A stretch of 64,000 nucleotides of DNA from Candidatus Saccharimonadales bacterium. GTDB taxonomy: Bacteria > Patescibacteriota > Saccharimonadia > Saccharimonadales > OMJO01. Numbering within the stretch: the first letter of the stretch is position 1; every line of letters starts with the position of its first letter. The notes under the pieces were generated by a model. The model saw only the letters and a program-made list of their open reading frames with translations. It was not told the origin of the DNA and did no database searches. The stretch is taken from NCBI GenBank assembly GCA_038216175.1, contig JBBQQG010000003.1, positions 450-64,449 on the forward strand, read 5' to 3'. A program made the translations under genes and the position numbers. Below are positions 10,069 through 19,021 of the stretch, piece after piece.

Positions 10069-11676
10069 ATGAGTGAATCACAAGCTTTCGATCCAATGGC
10101 AGCTGCACAAGCAGACGCGCAGATAAGTAAACAAATATATCAGGACTTCATGCATGAAGATGAAGCTGGTTCTGTACATGATCGAGCTAAAGCCGGTCAG
10201 GACATGGTTGATTACTTGAATTCTCGTCCAACGAGTGAGTATGATGTTCAAATTGACAATTATGGTGCAAATGAACCGAAAGCCTACAGCGACCGCAGTC
10301 TTAAAGAACTTACTAAAGGCTGGGCTGAAGCTGAAGATTCAAACGACAAAACTATCTCTAAAGATATCGAACAAGCTATATTTGATAAAATATGGAACCG
10401 AATCGGTACCGAATACGAAGATTCAAAAAATGTAGAAGGCGGATTAATAGTAAATGGCCTAACAGAAGAACACGCCCAGGCGTTGCTTGATCGTATTAAA
10501 GCAAATAAGGATGCCATAAGAGCTAAAAATGCCGAAAAGCTTGGCAAAGATTCTACTAAAGAATCTGACGGAAAAGATGAAAAAATTAGTGAAAGTGATA
10601 TCGATATCAGTACAAATATAAAAGATAACGATGTCGAATCTGATGATAAAAGCGACAAGTCTGTTAAAAAAGGCGATGCTTTAATATCTGAAATTAAAAA
10701 CGCTTTCGACCGTGCAAAAGATGCAAAAGCAGCCGGCGATGCCAAGGCATACGAAAAAGCTTTAGCTGAACTAAATAAGTCTAGCAAATCACTAAAAAGC
10801 TTTACTGGAAAATCGCTTGACGATTATATGCCTGGAGCAAGTGATGAAATCAATAACAGATTAGCAAGTGCCCCTGGGTCGTTCGAAGTTATTGACGATT
10901 CACAGAACGATGGAACTGCTGAAGAAGAAGGCGAACAAAAACCTAAACTATTATTGTCTGATCTTATCGATAAAAGTTCACAAGACGAAGCATCTAAAGC
11001 CGAACTAGAAGAAATAAATGATGGCGAAATTGTACCTTTAGAAGCAATTTATGTAAACGACGACGAAAATGTAAATACCCGAAAAGGCCTAAAAGAACGA
11101 CTTCAAAATGGCATGCGAAGAGCATATCTAATGTTTCATGGCGGTCGTGATAAAGTCGCAAATAGCAATTTTGTATCAATAGAAAATTCAGAAACTCACG
11201 AACGCGAACCTCGTAAAGTTGCCGGTTATATCGGAGCTGCAGTACTTGGTGCAGCCGCAGTCATATTATATAAGCACCTAGGTGATCACCCGAGTGCTCA
11301 TGAAACAGCTGAGAAAATAGCCACTGCCACAGCTAAGAATGCAGCCAAGAACGCGCATCACTTAGCACCTGTACATCACAGTGTAGATAAAGTTGTCCAC
11401 CATGTTAAGCCTGTAGCTAATGCTGTACACCACGCTAAGCCTAGTCCACATCACTTTAACACTGATGCTATGCCTTGGGATAACGCCCATCAAGCAAGCC
11501 CAGGTCACGAAGTAAATTTTATGCAAAAAGGTCTTGATGCATTTAATAAGAAAAAAGGCACGAATTTTAAGCTAACACCTATTAATGGTACGACTGAAGT
11601 CGTCAATGGATCTCATATAATGAGCCGGGCTGAACTTCGTGAGTATAATACGGTTTTAGATAATATAATCGCATAA
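10069..11676 (+). CDS. Orphan acidic/coiled-coil protein with single TM and His-rich distal region
   Basis: 535-aa ORF, AAGGA RBS, hydrophobic stretch VAGYIGAAVLGAAAVILY, HH-repeat region. Confidence 0.75.
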   Translation: MSESQAFDPMAAAQADAQISKQIYQDFMHEDEAGSVHDRAKAGQDMVDYLNSRPTSEYDVQIDNYGANEPKAYSDRSLKELTKGWAEAEDSNDKTISKDIEQAIFDKIWNRIGTEYEDSKNVEGGLIVNGLTEEHAQALLDRIKANKDAIRAKNAEKLGKDSTKESDGKDEKISESDIDISTNIKDNDVESDDKSDKSVKKGDALISEIKNAFDRAKDAKAAGDAKAYEKALAELNKSSKSLKSFTGKSLDDYMPGASDEINNRLASAPGSFEVIDDSQNDGTAEEEGEQKPKLLLSDLIDKSSQDEASKAELEEINDGEIVPLEAIYVNDDENVNTRKGLKERLQNGMRRAYLMFHGGRDKVANSNFVSIENSETHEREPRKVAGYIGAAVLGAAAVILYKHLGDHPSAHETAEKIATATAKNAAKNAHHLAPVHHSVDKVVHHVKPVANAVHHAKPSPHHFNTDAMPWDNAHQASPGHEVNFMQKGLDAFNKKKGTNFKLTPINGTTEVVNGSHIMSRAELREYNTVLDNIIA

Positions 11677-11695
11677 GAATAATCTCTTATTTACG

Positions 11696-11732
11696 AAACT
11701 AACAACTCACTGTAATGGTGAGTTGTTAGTTT
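11696..11732. terminator. Perfect 15-bp inverted repeat, probable intrinsic terminator
   Basis: AAACTAACAACTCAC-tgtaatg-GTGAGTTGTTAGTTT right after the 10069 ORF. Confidence 0.7.
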
Positions 11733-11747
11733 ATACTTAAAGTTATT

Positions 11748-13103
11748 ATGAGTTTTAGATCAATTATTAAACGGGTTATCCCAGTTAATCTGTTTAAAAA
11801 AATTGAACCTCTTGGCCATTTATTAGAAGCCATTTTTATTAACCTTATTAATGGATTTCCTACTCATAATATTAAGGTTATAGGCGTCACGGGAACAAAC
11901 GGCAAAACCAGTACTAGTTTTATGATCCATCGAATGCTACATGAAGCCGGATATAAGGTTGGTTTAATGACAACTGTAGCAAGCGGCGTCGGAAATGACA
12001 TAAAACCTCAGGTGGCTCATATGACGAGCGTAGGAGTACCGGAATTAATGAGTAGAGTAAAGCAAATGAAAAAGCAGGGCATGGAGTGGCTAGTATTAGA
12101 AACTACTTCCCATGCGCTAGCGCAGCACCGTGTCTGGGGGGTGCCATATACAATATCGGTAATGACGAATATAACTCATGAACATCTCGATTATCATGGA
12201 ACATTCGAAAAATATCGCGATGCAAAGCGACTTATGTTTTCGCAGTGCGATAAAAACAAAAAAGGGTTAAGACTTGGAGTCATAAATGCTGATGATGATA
12301 ATTTTAGTCTGTTCGCGGGTGACATAAAGAACTCAATCAGTTACGGAATAAATAACGGGGATTTAAAAGCCGCCAACATTAAGCTTACGCCGACCGGATC
12401 GCAATACATTGTTAAAGTTTCCGATGATGAATATAAAATATCTTGTAACATGCCGGGCACGTTTAATATTTATAATTCACTAGCGGCAGTGTCCGTAGGC
12501 AGAGCACTCAACTTGAGTAAATTACAAATAGAGCAGGGGATAGCTAAATTAGAAGGTGTTGAGGGCCGGATGATGCGTATTGATGAAGGTCAAAACTTCG
12601 ATGTCATTATAGATTACGCCCATACTCCCGACAGCTTTGAAAAACTATTTAAAGATTTTCGCCCAGTAGTTAAGGGCAAGCTAATAGTTTTATTCGGATC
12701 GGCCGGCAGAAGGGACGAATCAAAGCGGTTTTCACAGGGAGCTCTGGCTGGATTATATGCAGATGAGGTAGTTGTAACTGAAGAAGATGACCGTGACATT
12801 GATGGTATGGGAATACTCGATCAAATTGCCAAAGGTGCAGAAAGCAGAGGTAAAATACGAGATAAAGATTTATTTTTAATTCATGACCGAAAGCAGGCAA
12901 TTAATTTTGCACTCAACAGGGCAAACGAAGGTGATACGGTACTGCTTCTTGGCAAAGGCCATGAAAAAGATATATTAAGAAACGGTCCGAAAGCGGCAAT
13001 GCTTCGCCATATGCAGCAAGATGATCATAACTCCGACAGAGTAATAGAAATACCCTGGAATGAAGTTGAAGTGACTAAAGAATTACTTGTAAAAATGACA
13101 TAA
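11748..13103 (+). CDS. murE: UDP-N-acetylmuramyl-tripeptide synthetase MurE
   Basis: GVTGTNGKTS, LETTSH, TNITHEHLDYH, DYAHTPD, LLGKGHE; EDDR in place of the DAP-specific DNPR. Confidence 0.92.
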   Translation: MSFRSIIKRVIPVNLFKKIEPLGHLLEAIFINLINGFPTHNIKVIGVTGTNGKTSTSFMIHRMLHEAGYKVGLMTTVASGVGNDIKPQVAHMTSVGVPELMSRVKQMKKQGMEWLVLETTSHALAQHRVWGVPYTISVMTNITHEHLDYHGTFEKYRDAKRLMFSQCDKNKKGLRLGVINADDDNFSLFAGDIKNSISYGINNGDLKAANIKLTPTGSQYIVKVSDDEYKISCNMPGTFNIYNSLAAVSVGRALNLSKLQIEQGIAKLEGVEGRMMRIDEGQNFDVIIDYAHTPDSFEKLFKDFRPVVKGKLIVLFGSAGRRDESKRFSQGALAGLYADEVVVTEEDDRDIDGMGILDQIAKGAESRGKIRDKDLFLIHDRKQAINFALNRANEGDTVLLLGKGHEKDILRNGPKAAMLRHMQQDDHNSDRVIEIPWNEVEVTKELLVKMT

Positions 13104-13125
13104 ATCGGTTATTATATATTTTCTA

Positions 13126-13413
13126 ATGATGAATGATAGCTCAGGTGAATCGAAATCGATACCGTTAAGTGATCTGGCAGATTTTTTTAATGAACAATCT
13201 AAGGAACACGATAGTTTAAAGAAAAGTGCTACGCTGATTATGAAGGGGATACTAAGCGATACATACAATAATGATGCTAAAGACGATGAAAATTTCGCGC
13301 TTGGTAGAGTAGCCGGATCGAACGAAAGATTAGTAGCTTTTGAAGCGTTCTTAAGAACTCATGCCGCCGATCTATCTGGCAACTTAAACCCTGATCAAGC
13401 AAAAGACCTATAA
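13126..13413 (+). CDS. Hypothetical protein
   Basis: 95-aa ORF filling the gap after murE. Confidence 0.55.
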   Translation: MMNDSSGESKSIPLSDLADFFNEQSKEHDSLKKSATLIMKGILSDTYNNDAKDDENFALGRVAGSNERLVAFEAFLRTHAADLSGNLNPDQAKDL

Positions 13414-13420
13414 ATAAAGA

Positions 13421-13449
13421 TTGACAAAAAGGCAAATATTTGTTAAGAT
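13421..13449 (+). promoter_or_regulatory. Sigma70-type promoter
   Basis: TTGACA-17 bp-TAAGAT upstream of ATG 13487. Confidence 0.6.
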
Positions 13450-13486
13450 AGTAGAGTTAATTAAAAAAATTAAAAAGGTTAATAAA

Positions 13487-13777
13487 ATGAATCCTAAAAC
13501 TAATGTACCGGCTCAAAAACAAGTGCTTGATTCGCTTAATAGCGAAGTTAAGAGCACAGAAGACAAAGCCGTACTAGATGGTGGGAAAGCCGAATATGAG
13601 ACTGAACGAGCCGAGATTGAACGAAGCAGACTTCAAACTGTTAATAATCTTGGCGCCAAAGCAGCAAAGTTTTATGTTCTAAATGACGGCGTAGTAGAAC
13701 CGGTTGAAAATCTAAAAGCAGCAATAGACGACGGACAAGACGTTACGCTGCACAATACCGCAGGCCGAAGTAATTAA
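13487..13777 (+). CDS. Hypothetical protein (96 aa)
   Basis: Start moved to ATG 13487 (AAGG RBS), since the TTG at 13421 is part of a -35 box. Confidence 0.6.
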   Translation: MNPKTNVPAQKQVLDSLNSEVKSTEDKAVLDGGKAEYETERAEIERSRLQTVNNLGAKAAKFYVLNDGVVEPVENLKAAIDDGQDVTLHNTAGRSN

Positions 13778-14652
13778 ATATTATCTAGGGTAAGCGTAGT
13801 ACATCGGATATATCCGCCACCCTTGCCAAGTTCTGATATTTCAGGAGTAATTGTTTTTAAGCCTTCGGCTTCAATAGCTTTTTTTAACTTCGGAGCTTGT
13901 GAACTCATAACTACAGTTTTGCCGGTCGATACTAAATTACAGGCAAAACCATTTTTTGCTTCTTTAATATCTACGATTATCTTTCTTACTGGAAGCGATG
14001 CTATTTTATTACGGCTTTTAGGTATAAATGCTTCAGGACAATATGCGATTAAATCTGGCGATAACACTGATAAAGCCAGGTCTATGTCGTAAAAGAAACT
14101 GTCCGGCCATTTAGTAATTGGGTTAATATAACGGCTGCCTAAACCCCAAAAAGTTCTTTTTGGAACAGTCTGCAAACTTATTACTTCGTAACCTAGCATC
14201 TCGTTTATATATTTATGAGCTATTTCGTCAGTCCGGTACTGCGATCCGACAAATAATAAATTCCCACAGGGGAGAGCATCGCCCTGTCCGCTGAATCTTA
14301 TTTCTTTAGGTAGTCTTAGTATGTTTTTACCCAGTGCTTTTAAAACAGATTCTGCATAAGGTGTTTCTGGTTGCCTTTTATTTGGTAGGGCTGACAGCAG
14401 TGCCTTATTGCCTCGGCATAGCGCCCAATTGGCGGTATATACACCGTCTTGGCAGTCTTTTGGAGCATCTACCTTAATAATTTTAATACCGGCTTGTTTC
14501 AAAGAGTTACTAATTGCTGAATGTTCAGCCAATGCTTTACTTACATCTACCGGCTGACTGCTATCCATATAGGCATTAATTGCAAACTGGTCGCTGAAAT
14601 AATCAGCTCCGGACATTAGAACGGTTCTATTTATTGGCTCTGGTATATTCAA
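13774..14652 (-). CDS. Amidinotransferase/dimethylarginase (pentein) family protein
   Basis: INAYM, DGVYTAN, FSGQGD, FACNLV, ELGKGGGYIRCTTL. Confidence 0.85.
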   Translation of the reverse strand: MNIPEPINRTVLMSGADYFSDQFAINAYMDSSQPVDVSKALAEHSAISNSLKQAGIKIIKVDAPKDCQDGVYTANWALCRGNKALLSALPNKRQPETPYAESVLKALGKNILRLPKEIRFSGQGDALPCGNLLFVGSQYRTDEIAHKYINEMLGYEVISLQTVPKRTFWGLGSRYINPITKWPDSFFYDIDLALSVLSPDLIAYCPEAFIPKSRNKIASLPVRKIIVDIKEAKNGFACNLVSTGKTVVMSSQAPKLKKAIEAEGLKTITPEISELGKGGGYIRCTTLTLDNI

Positions 14653-14706
14653 CCTGTTTTAATATTCCTGCAGTTTATTTTTTAATCTAATAAAAAAAGG
14701 GAGAAA

Positions 14707-14840
14707 GGCGGACTTGGTAAGTGATTAATGGGGTGAGTGTTGTAGAGGCAAATTTGCCTTCGATACAGCAGTCTACTCCACTTAATTCCGACCAAGTCCG
14801 GCCACCTACGGGTGTGACACTTCCGTGTGTCACTTTCCCG
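14707..14840. ncRNA. Structured RNA element: ~97-nt interrupted hairpin plus second hairpin; identity unknown
   Basis: CGGACTTGGT(14709-18)/ACCAAGTCCG(14791-800), ATTAA/TTAAT, TGGGGT/ACTCCA, TGTTGTA/TACAGCA, apical AGGCAAATTTGCCT; GTGACAC(14814-20)/GTGTCAC(14827-33). Confidence 0.5.
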
Positions 14841-14859
14841 TTCGGTGTTCAGCCGGTTA

Positions 14860-15141
14860 TTACCTTGACCTAGCTACGTGTCCGTAGCGCTGCTTCACGA
14901 TCAGTGTGTCGATCGCTTCGTTGATCTTGTTGAGCGCGGCGCGCCTGTCGTCGGGTTCGAGATTGCCGAGATCAACGGTGATGATGAGGTTTCCTTTCTG
15001 GGAAATGTGCGGTCGCTGATGGCGGTTTGTGCGAACTTCTGCGAGATGCTGTACTTCGTGCAGTACTCGGTTCTGGTGCTCGCTTGGCAGGTGCTCGAGT
15101 TTGAATTGCAACTCGACGATGCCATTTGACTTGCCGCTCAT
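14860..15141 (-). CDS. GC-rich orphan protein (93 aa)
   Basis: GGGGG RBS before ATG; minus-strand promoter TTGTCA-17 bp-TATAAT upstream. Confidence 0.65.
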   Translation of the reverse strand: MSGKSNGIVELQFKLEHLPSEHQNRVLHEVQHLAEVRTNRHQRPHISQKGNLIITVDLGNLEPDDRRAALNKINEAIDTLIVKQRYGHVARSR

Positions 15142-15188
15142 GTGATTACCCCCGATAGGTGTGGGTTTTGTTCCGGCTGGAACTTAAG

Positions 15189-15240
15189 TATTATACATCT
15201 GATAACAAACATTGACAATAGGTAAGTGACGTGATTTAAT
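15189..15240. promoter_or_regulatory. Overlapping divergent sigma70 promoters
   Basis: Minus strand TTGTCA-17-TATAAT; plus strand TTGACA (15212-17)-17-TTTAAT; the -35 boxes overlap on opposite strands. Confidence 0.55.
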
Positions 15241-15250
15241 ATACTAATAA

Positions 15251-15892
15251 ATGGAACGTTCATTCGACAATATTACAGAGGAAGTCAGACAGGAATTAGA
15301 TCATTCTATTCAATTTGACGCTGAGCGTACTGCTTTTAATATTCGAAACAATTTAATATCGACTGCAATTAAGTCAGTTAACAACTATTTAAATATAGTT
15401 GACCGAAAAAGCGATCAACTATTAGATGACGGTGAATTTCCGTTAAACGAGCCGTTTCCGATATATGTACTTAAACATACGACCGCTATACATTATGAAG
15501 ACAATCAACCGATTTCTACGAGATCGATTTTATTTAAACGATCATTAGCTTCCGGCCAAGAAGGAAACGATCAATTAGAGATACATGTGCCTTGTGATGA
15601 AAATGGCAACCCAATAGAAAATTCAAATCGAATATTCTATAAACGAGTTGACGATACGGGCAATATCCGAGCTTACTGCATTGCCAAGGATATGTTTTAT
15701 GAGTTTGAATCGGGGTATGACGCCGATGATGGTAAGCATAAGGTCGGAATTATCGACCAATCACGTTTACTTTTACCACTTGATTCAAATATTTCCGATC
15801 TAGGGCAACTTTATGACGACATGAGAAATATGAAAGTCTTTCCTCAAAGGCTAATACGATTAGACGAAATTTCCAGCGACGTCGATAGTTGA
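15251..15892 (+). CDS. Hypothetical acidic protein
   Basis: 213-aa ORF with upstream promoter. Confidence 0.7.
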   Translation: MERSFDNITEEVRQELDHSIQFDAERTAFNIRNNLISTAIKSVNNYLNIVDRKSDQLLDDGEFPLNEPFPIYVLKHTTAIHYEDNQPISTRSILFKRSLASGQEGNDQLEIHVPCDENGNPIENSNRIFYKRVDDTGNIRAYCIAKDMFYEFESGYDADDGKHKVGIIDQSRLLLPLDSNISDLGQLYDDMRNMKVFPQRLIRLDEISSDVDS

Positions 15893-15900
15893 CAAGTAAA

Positions 15901-15927
15901 TTAGCACTCGCGTATTATGAGTGCTAA
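15901..15927 (+). promoter_or_regulatory. CIRCE element (HrcA operator)
   Basis: Perfect TTAGCACTC-N9-GAGTGCTAA overlapping promoter TTGACA(15889)..TATTAT(15913), upstream of groES. Confidence 0.95.
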
Positions 15928-15985
15928 TGGGTTGAGGTAATTTGCGAGATATCTTAACCCCTTTTAACATTAATGGAGGAAACAA

Positions 15986-16255
15986 ATGGCTGTAAACATT
16001 CAACCACAGGCTGAGTATGTTGTAGCACAACATAAGACGGCAGAATCTAAGACTGTAAGTGGTTTTTATCTTCCTGACGGAGCAAAAGAAAAACCTAAAG
16101 AAGCTATTGTTGTTGCCGTTGGAAAAGATATCGAAGGTGTAAAACTAGGCGACAAGATTATTTATAAAAACAGTTACGAAGCAACTGAGCTAAAACAGGG
16201 CAAAGAAGAATACGTGATTATCTTCAGAAAAAATATTATCGCTACTATTAAATAA
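15986..16255 (+). CDS. groES: Co-chaperonin GroES
   Basis: KTVSGFYLPDGAKEKP, VVAVG; GGAGG RBS; upstream of groEL. Confidence 0.93.
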   Translation: MAVNIQPQAEYVVAQHKTAESKTVSGFYLPDGAKEKPKEAIVVAVGKDIEGVKLGDKIIYKNSYEATELKQGKEEYVIIFRKNIIATIK

Positions 16256-16270
16256 TTTAGGGGATCAATT

Positions 16271-17923
16271 ATGTCAAAAAAAGTTTTTTATGATGACGAT
16301 GCTCGTCGGCGGGTACTTGGTGGAGCGCAAATTCTATATGATGCAGTTAAGACGACTATGGGACCAAAAGGGCGAAATGTAATTCTTAGTAAAAGCTACG
16401 GCAACCCGACAGTAACTCATGACGGTGTAACTGTTGCAAAAGGTGTTGAACTGGCAGATGTCGATGATGAAACTCTCGGGTTTAAAGTCGGTGCCGAACT
16501 TATTAAACAAGCAGCTAGCAAGATGAACGATGTTGCAGGCGATGGGACAACGACCGTTACAGTTCTTACTTATCACATTTTAAGTGAAGCAAATAAACTG
16601 ATTGCTGCTGGACATAGTCCTATGCTGCTTCGGAAAGGCTTAGAAGCAGCCGCACATGATGTAATAACTCAGTTAACAAGTATCAGCGAAGATATAAAAA
16701 GCAATAAACAGCGTGTCGCCGAAGTTGCAACAATCTCAGCCGGCGATAATGAAATCGGCCAGCTTATAGCAAATGTGATTGATAAAGTCGGGAAAGACGG
16801 AGTTGTTACAGTTGAAGAAGGCCAGGGTTTAAATTTGGAAAGCGAAGTTGTAGAAGGCTATACTTTCGACCGCGGTTTTGTCAGTCCGTATATGGTCACT
16901 GATGCAGCTCGAATGGAAGCAGTTTATGATAAACCGTCGATATTAATTACCGATAAGAAAATATCTTCGATCCAGGAATTTTTACCAATTCTAGAAAAAC
17001 TTGCTCAAGCAGGTAAAAAAGATCTAGTGTTAATCGCCGAAGACGTTGAAGGCGAAGCTCTTGGTGCTTTGATTCTTAATAAATTAAAAGGCGTATTTAA
17101 TACTATCGCGATAAAGGCTCCAGCTTTTGGCGATCGCAGGAAAGATATACTGAATGATATCGCTATATTAACCGGTGCAACTGTTATTAGCGAAGATACT
17201 GGATACACTTTCGAAAATATAGAACTCGATATGGTTGGTACAGCGAGGAAGGTCATCGTTACAAAAGACGAGACTACTATTATAGAAGGAGCCGGGTTGA
17301 ATGTTGAAGTTTCAGCCAGAATAAAACAAATTTCGGCACAGGAAATAGCCGCAACCAGCGAATACGACAAGGAAAATCTCGAAAAACGACGGGCAGCATT
17401 ACAGGGGAAAGTTGCAGTCATAAAGGTCGGTGGTGCTACAGAAACAGAGATCGAAGAAAAGAAATTCAGGGTTGACGATGCAGTCCATGCTGTAAAAGCA
17501 GCACTTGACGAAGGAATTGTAGCTGGCGGTGGAGTCACTTTAATTAATTTGATGGGAACAGTTGCTTCATCAGATGATGACGATGATGCAGTTACAGCCG
17601 GAAAGCAGCTACTTAAAAAGGCTCTTGAACAGCCGTTTAGAATTTTACTTAGCAATGCCGGACTAAATGCTGACGAGTGGTTGCCTAAAGTAAAAGCCGC
17701 AAAAGCCGGACAGGGTATAAATGTTAATAACCCGTTGAAATTAGTTGACCTGAAATCAAACGGTGTAGTCGATCCGACTAGAGTTACTAAAGAAGCGATC
17801 CAAAATGCAGTTTCTATTGCTGGTACAGCAATGACTATGGGTGCACTTGTAGTTGAAGTACCAGAGCCAAAATCTGCTGCTCCTGATATGAGTGGCATGG
17901 GTGGTATGGGCGGAATGATGTAA
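16271..17923 (+). CDS. groEL: Chaperonin GroEL
   Basis: TMGPKGRNV, AGDGTTT, GGMGGMM tail. Confidence 0.98.
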   Translation: MSKKVFYDDDARRRVLGGAQILYDAVKTTMGPKGRNVILSKSYGNPTVTHDGVTVAKGVELADVDDETLGFKVGAELIKQAASKMNDVAGDGTTTVTVLTYHILSEANKLIAAGHSPMLLRKGLEAAAHDVITQLTSISEDIKSNKQRVAEVATISAGDNEIGQLIANVIDKVGKDGVVTVEEGQGLNLESEVVEGYTFDRGFVSPYMVTDAARMEAVYDKPSILITDKKISSIQEFLPILEKLAQAGKKDLVLIAEDVEGEALGALILNKLKGVFNTIAIKAPAFGDRRKDILNDIAILTGATVISEDTGYTFENIELDMVGTARKVIVTKDETTIIEGAGLNVEVSARIKQISAQEIAATSEYDKENLEKRRAALQGKVAVIKVGGATETEIEEKKFRVDDAVHAVKAALDEGIVAGGGVTLINLMGTVASSDDDDDAVTAGKQLLKKALEQPFRILLSNAGLNADEWLPKVKAAKAGQGINVNNPLKLVDLKSNGVVDPTRVTKEAIQNAVSIAGTAMTMGALVVEVPEPKSAAPDMSGMGGMGGMM

Positions 17924-18042
17924 AAGTAGGCTGGGCTACAGCCATTATAGTATCTTTTAGAAATCATCTTAAGAGTTAAATCAACATATTGCGTAAAATA
18001 CCATTTTGTAGTATGGTAAATATGAAAATATGGAGTTAACTA

Positions 18043-18450
18043 ATGTGGCCATTTAAGCGAAAAAAAGATAATCCTAATGGTATTTTACCTGAGGTAGATC
18101 AGTACTATCAATCGGAACGCAGAGAAAAAACTGGCATTGCATGGCTATTGGCTTTAGCAACTTTAGTTACTACAATAATACTAGCGACCGGGATCTTTTT
18201 TGGCGGAAGGTGGGCCTACCGTGCAGTTACTAAAAATAATAAGTCTGTAAAAACAGCTAATAATACTAAAACGGCTACTACAGTAAATAACAGTCCAAAA
18301 ACTAGTCCATCGATAACTTCTAATAATTCTTCGAATGGTCACGTAAGTGATAATGCGGCCAGTACAACTGCTCCGGCTCCAACGTCATCAAAAGCAACTG
18401 TAACCCCGTCGCCTCATTTACCAAACACCGGACCGACAGGCGACGATTAA
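18043..18450 (+). CDS. Single-TM protein with Ser/Thr/Asn-rich stalk ending in LPNTG
   Basis: TM GIAWLLALATLVTTIILATGIFFGG; C-terminal LPNTGPTGDD. Confidence 0.7.
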   Translation: MWPFKRKKDNPNGILPEVDQYYQSERREKTGIAWLLALATLVTTIILATGIFFGGRWAYRAVTKNNKSVKTANNTKTATTVNNSPKTSPSITSNNSSNGHVSDNAASTTAPAPTSSKATVTPSPHLPNTGPTGDD

Positions 18451-18469
18451 GTTTTTTTATTAATTGCGC

Positions 18470-18898
18470 CTAGTCTTTATTTGTGTGCTGCTGTGTAAAA
18501 TAATTTATCTCGTTAACTATATCTAAAAGTGCTTGGGCTCGAGCTTTCTCATCGGTAATTAGTTTAGCAGCTGCATAGGCATCTTTGATAAGCGATTGAT
18601 CATCAGCCGCCTGGATCATCATCATAGTTGTTTTAAATTTCTCTTCGGCAGATTGGTCTAAATGGCTAACAAGTGGTGATAATTGCTGTAGAGCCTCTTG
18701 CTTTATACTGAGTAAATTGTCGTCGGAATCAACTACCTGTGCTGGCAGATTTATAGCGACATGACCGTCATCGTTTGCATCGGCTGCTGTCGGTTGATCT
18801 GACTGGGCTGCAGGTAGATTAAATGGCTGGCCAAATACTGGCGCTCCCGCCGCTGGTGCGCTCTGGTCATTATTAATGTCATCATCGAACATTTCCAC
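18470..18898 (-). CDS. Hypothetical protein with helical C-terminal domain
   Basis: 142-aa ORF; acidic low-complexity N-terminus; C-terminal AQALLDIVNEINYF. Confidence 0.7.
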   Translation of the reverse strand: MEMFDDDINNDQSAPAAGAPVFGQPFNLPAAQSDQPTAADANDDGHVAINLPAQVVDSDDNLLSIKQEALQQLSPLVSHLDQSAEEKFKTTMMMIQAADDQSLIKDAYAAAKLITDEKARAQALLDIVNEINYFTQQHTNKD

Positions 18899-19021
18899 CC
18901 CCTGATTTGTAATATAAAAGTTTATATGTAGTATATAGTAAATAAAACTAAAGCAATAGCGTTTTACTATTATTAAACAAGCGATGTATCTTATACTTAA
19001 CTTGATGATAATAAAATAGGA

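Noticed and set aside
14707-14803. Hairpin considered as SRP RNA or 6S RNA
   Set aside because: No SRP domain IV motif and no large central bubble or length typical of 6S; kept as unidentified
14878-15129. Alternative ORFs (83 aa +, 74 aa -) in the GC-rich patch
   Set aside because: Lack RBS/promoter support; expected by chance in GC-rich sequence
17005-17967. 320-aa antisense ORF, and similar shadows on valS, rpoD, pnp, ATPase and ftsK
   Set aside because: Antisense shadows of conserved genes caused by codon bias
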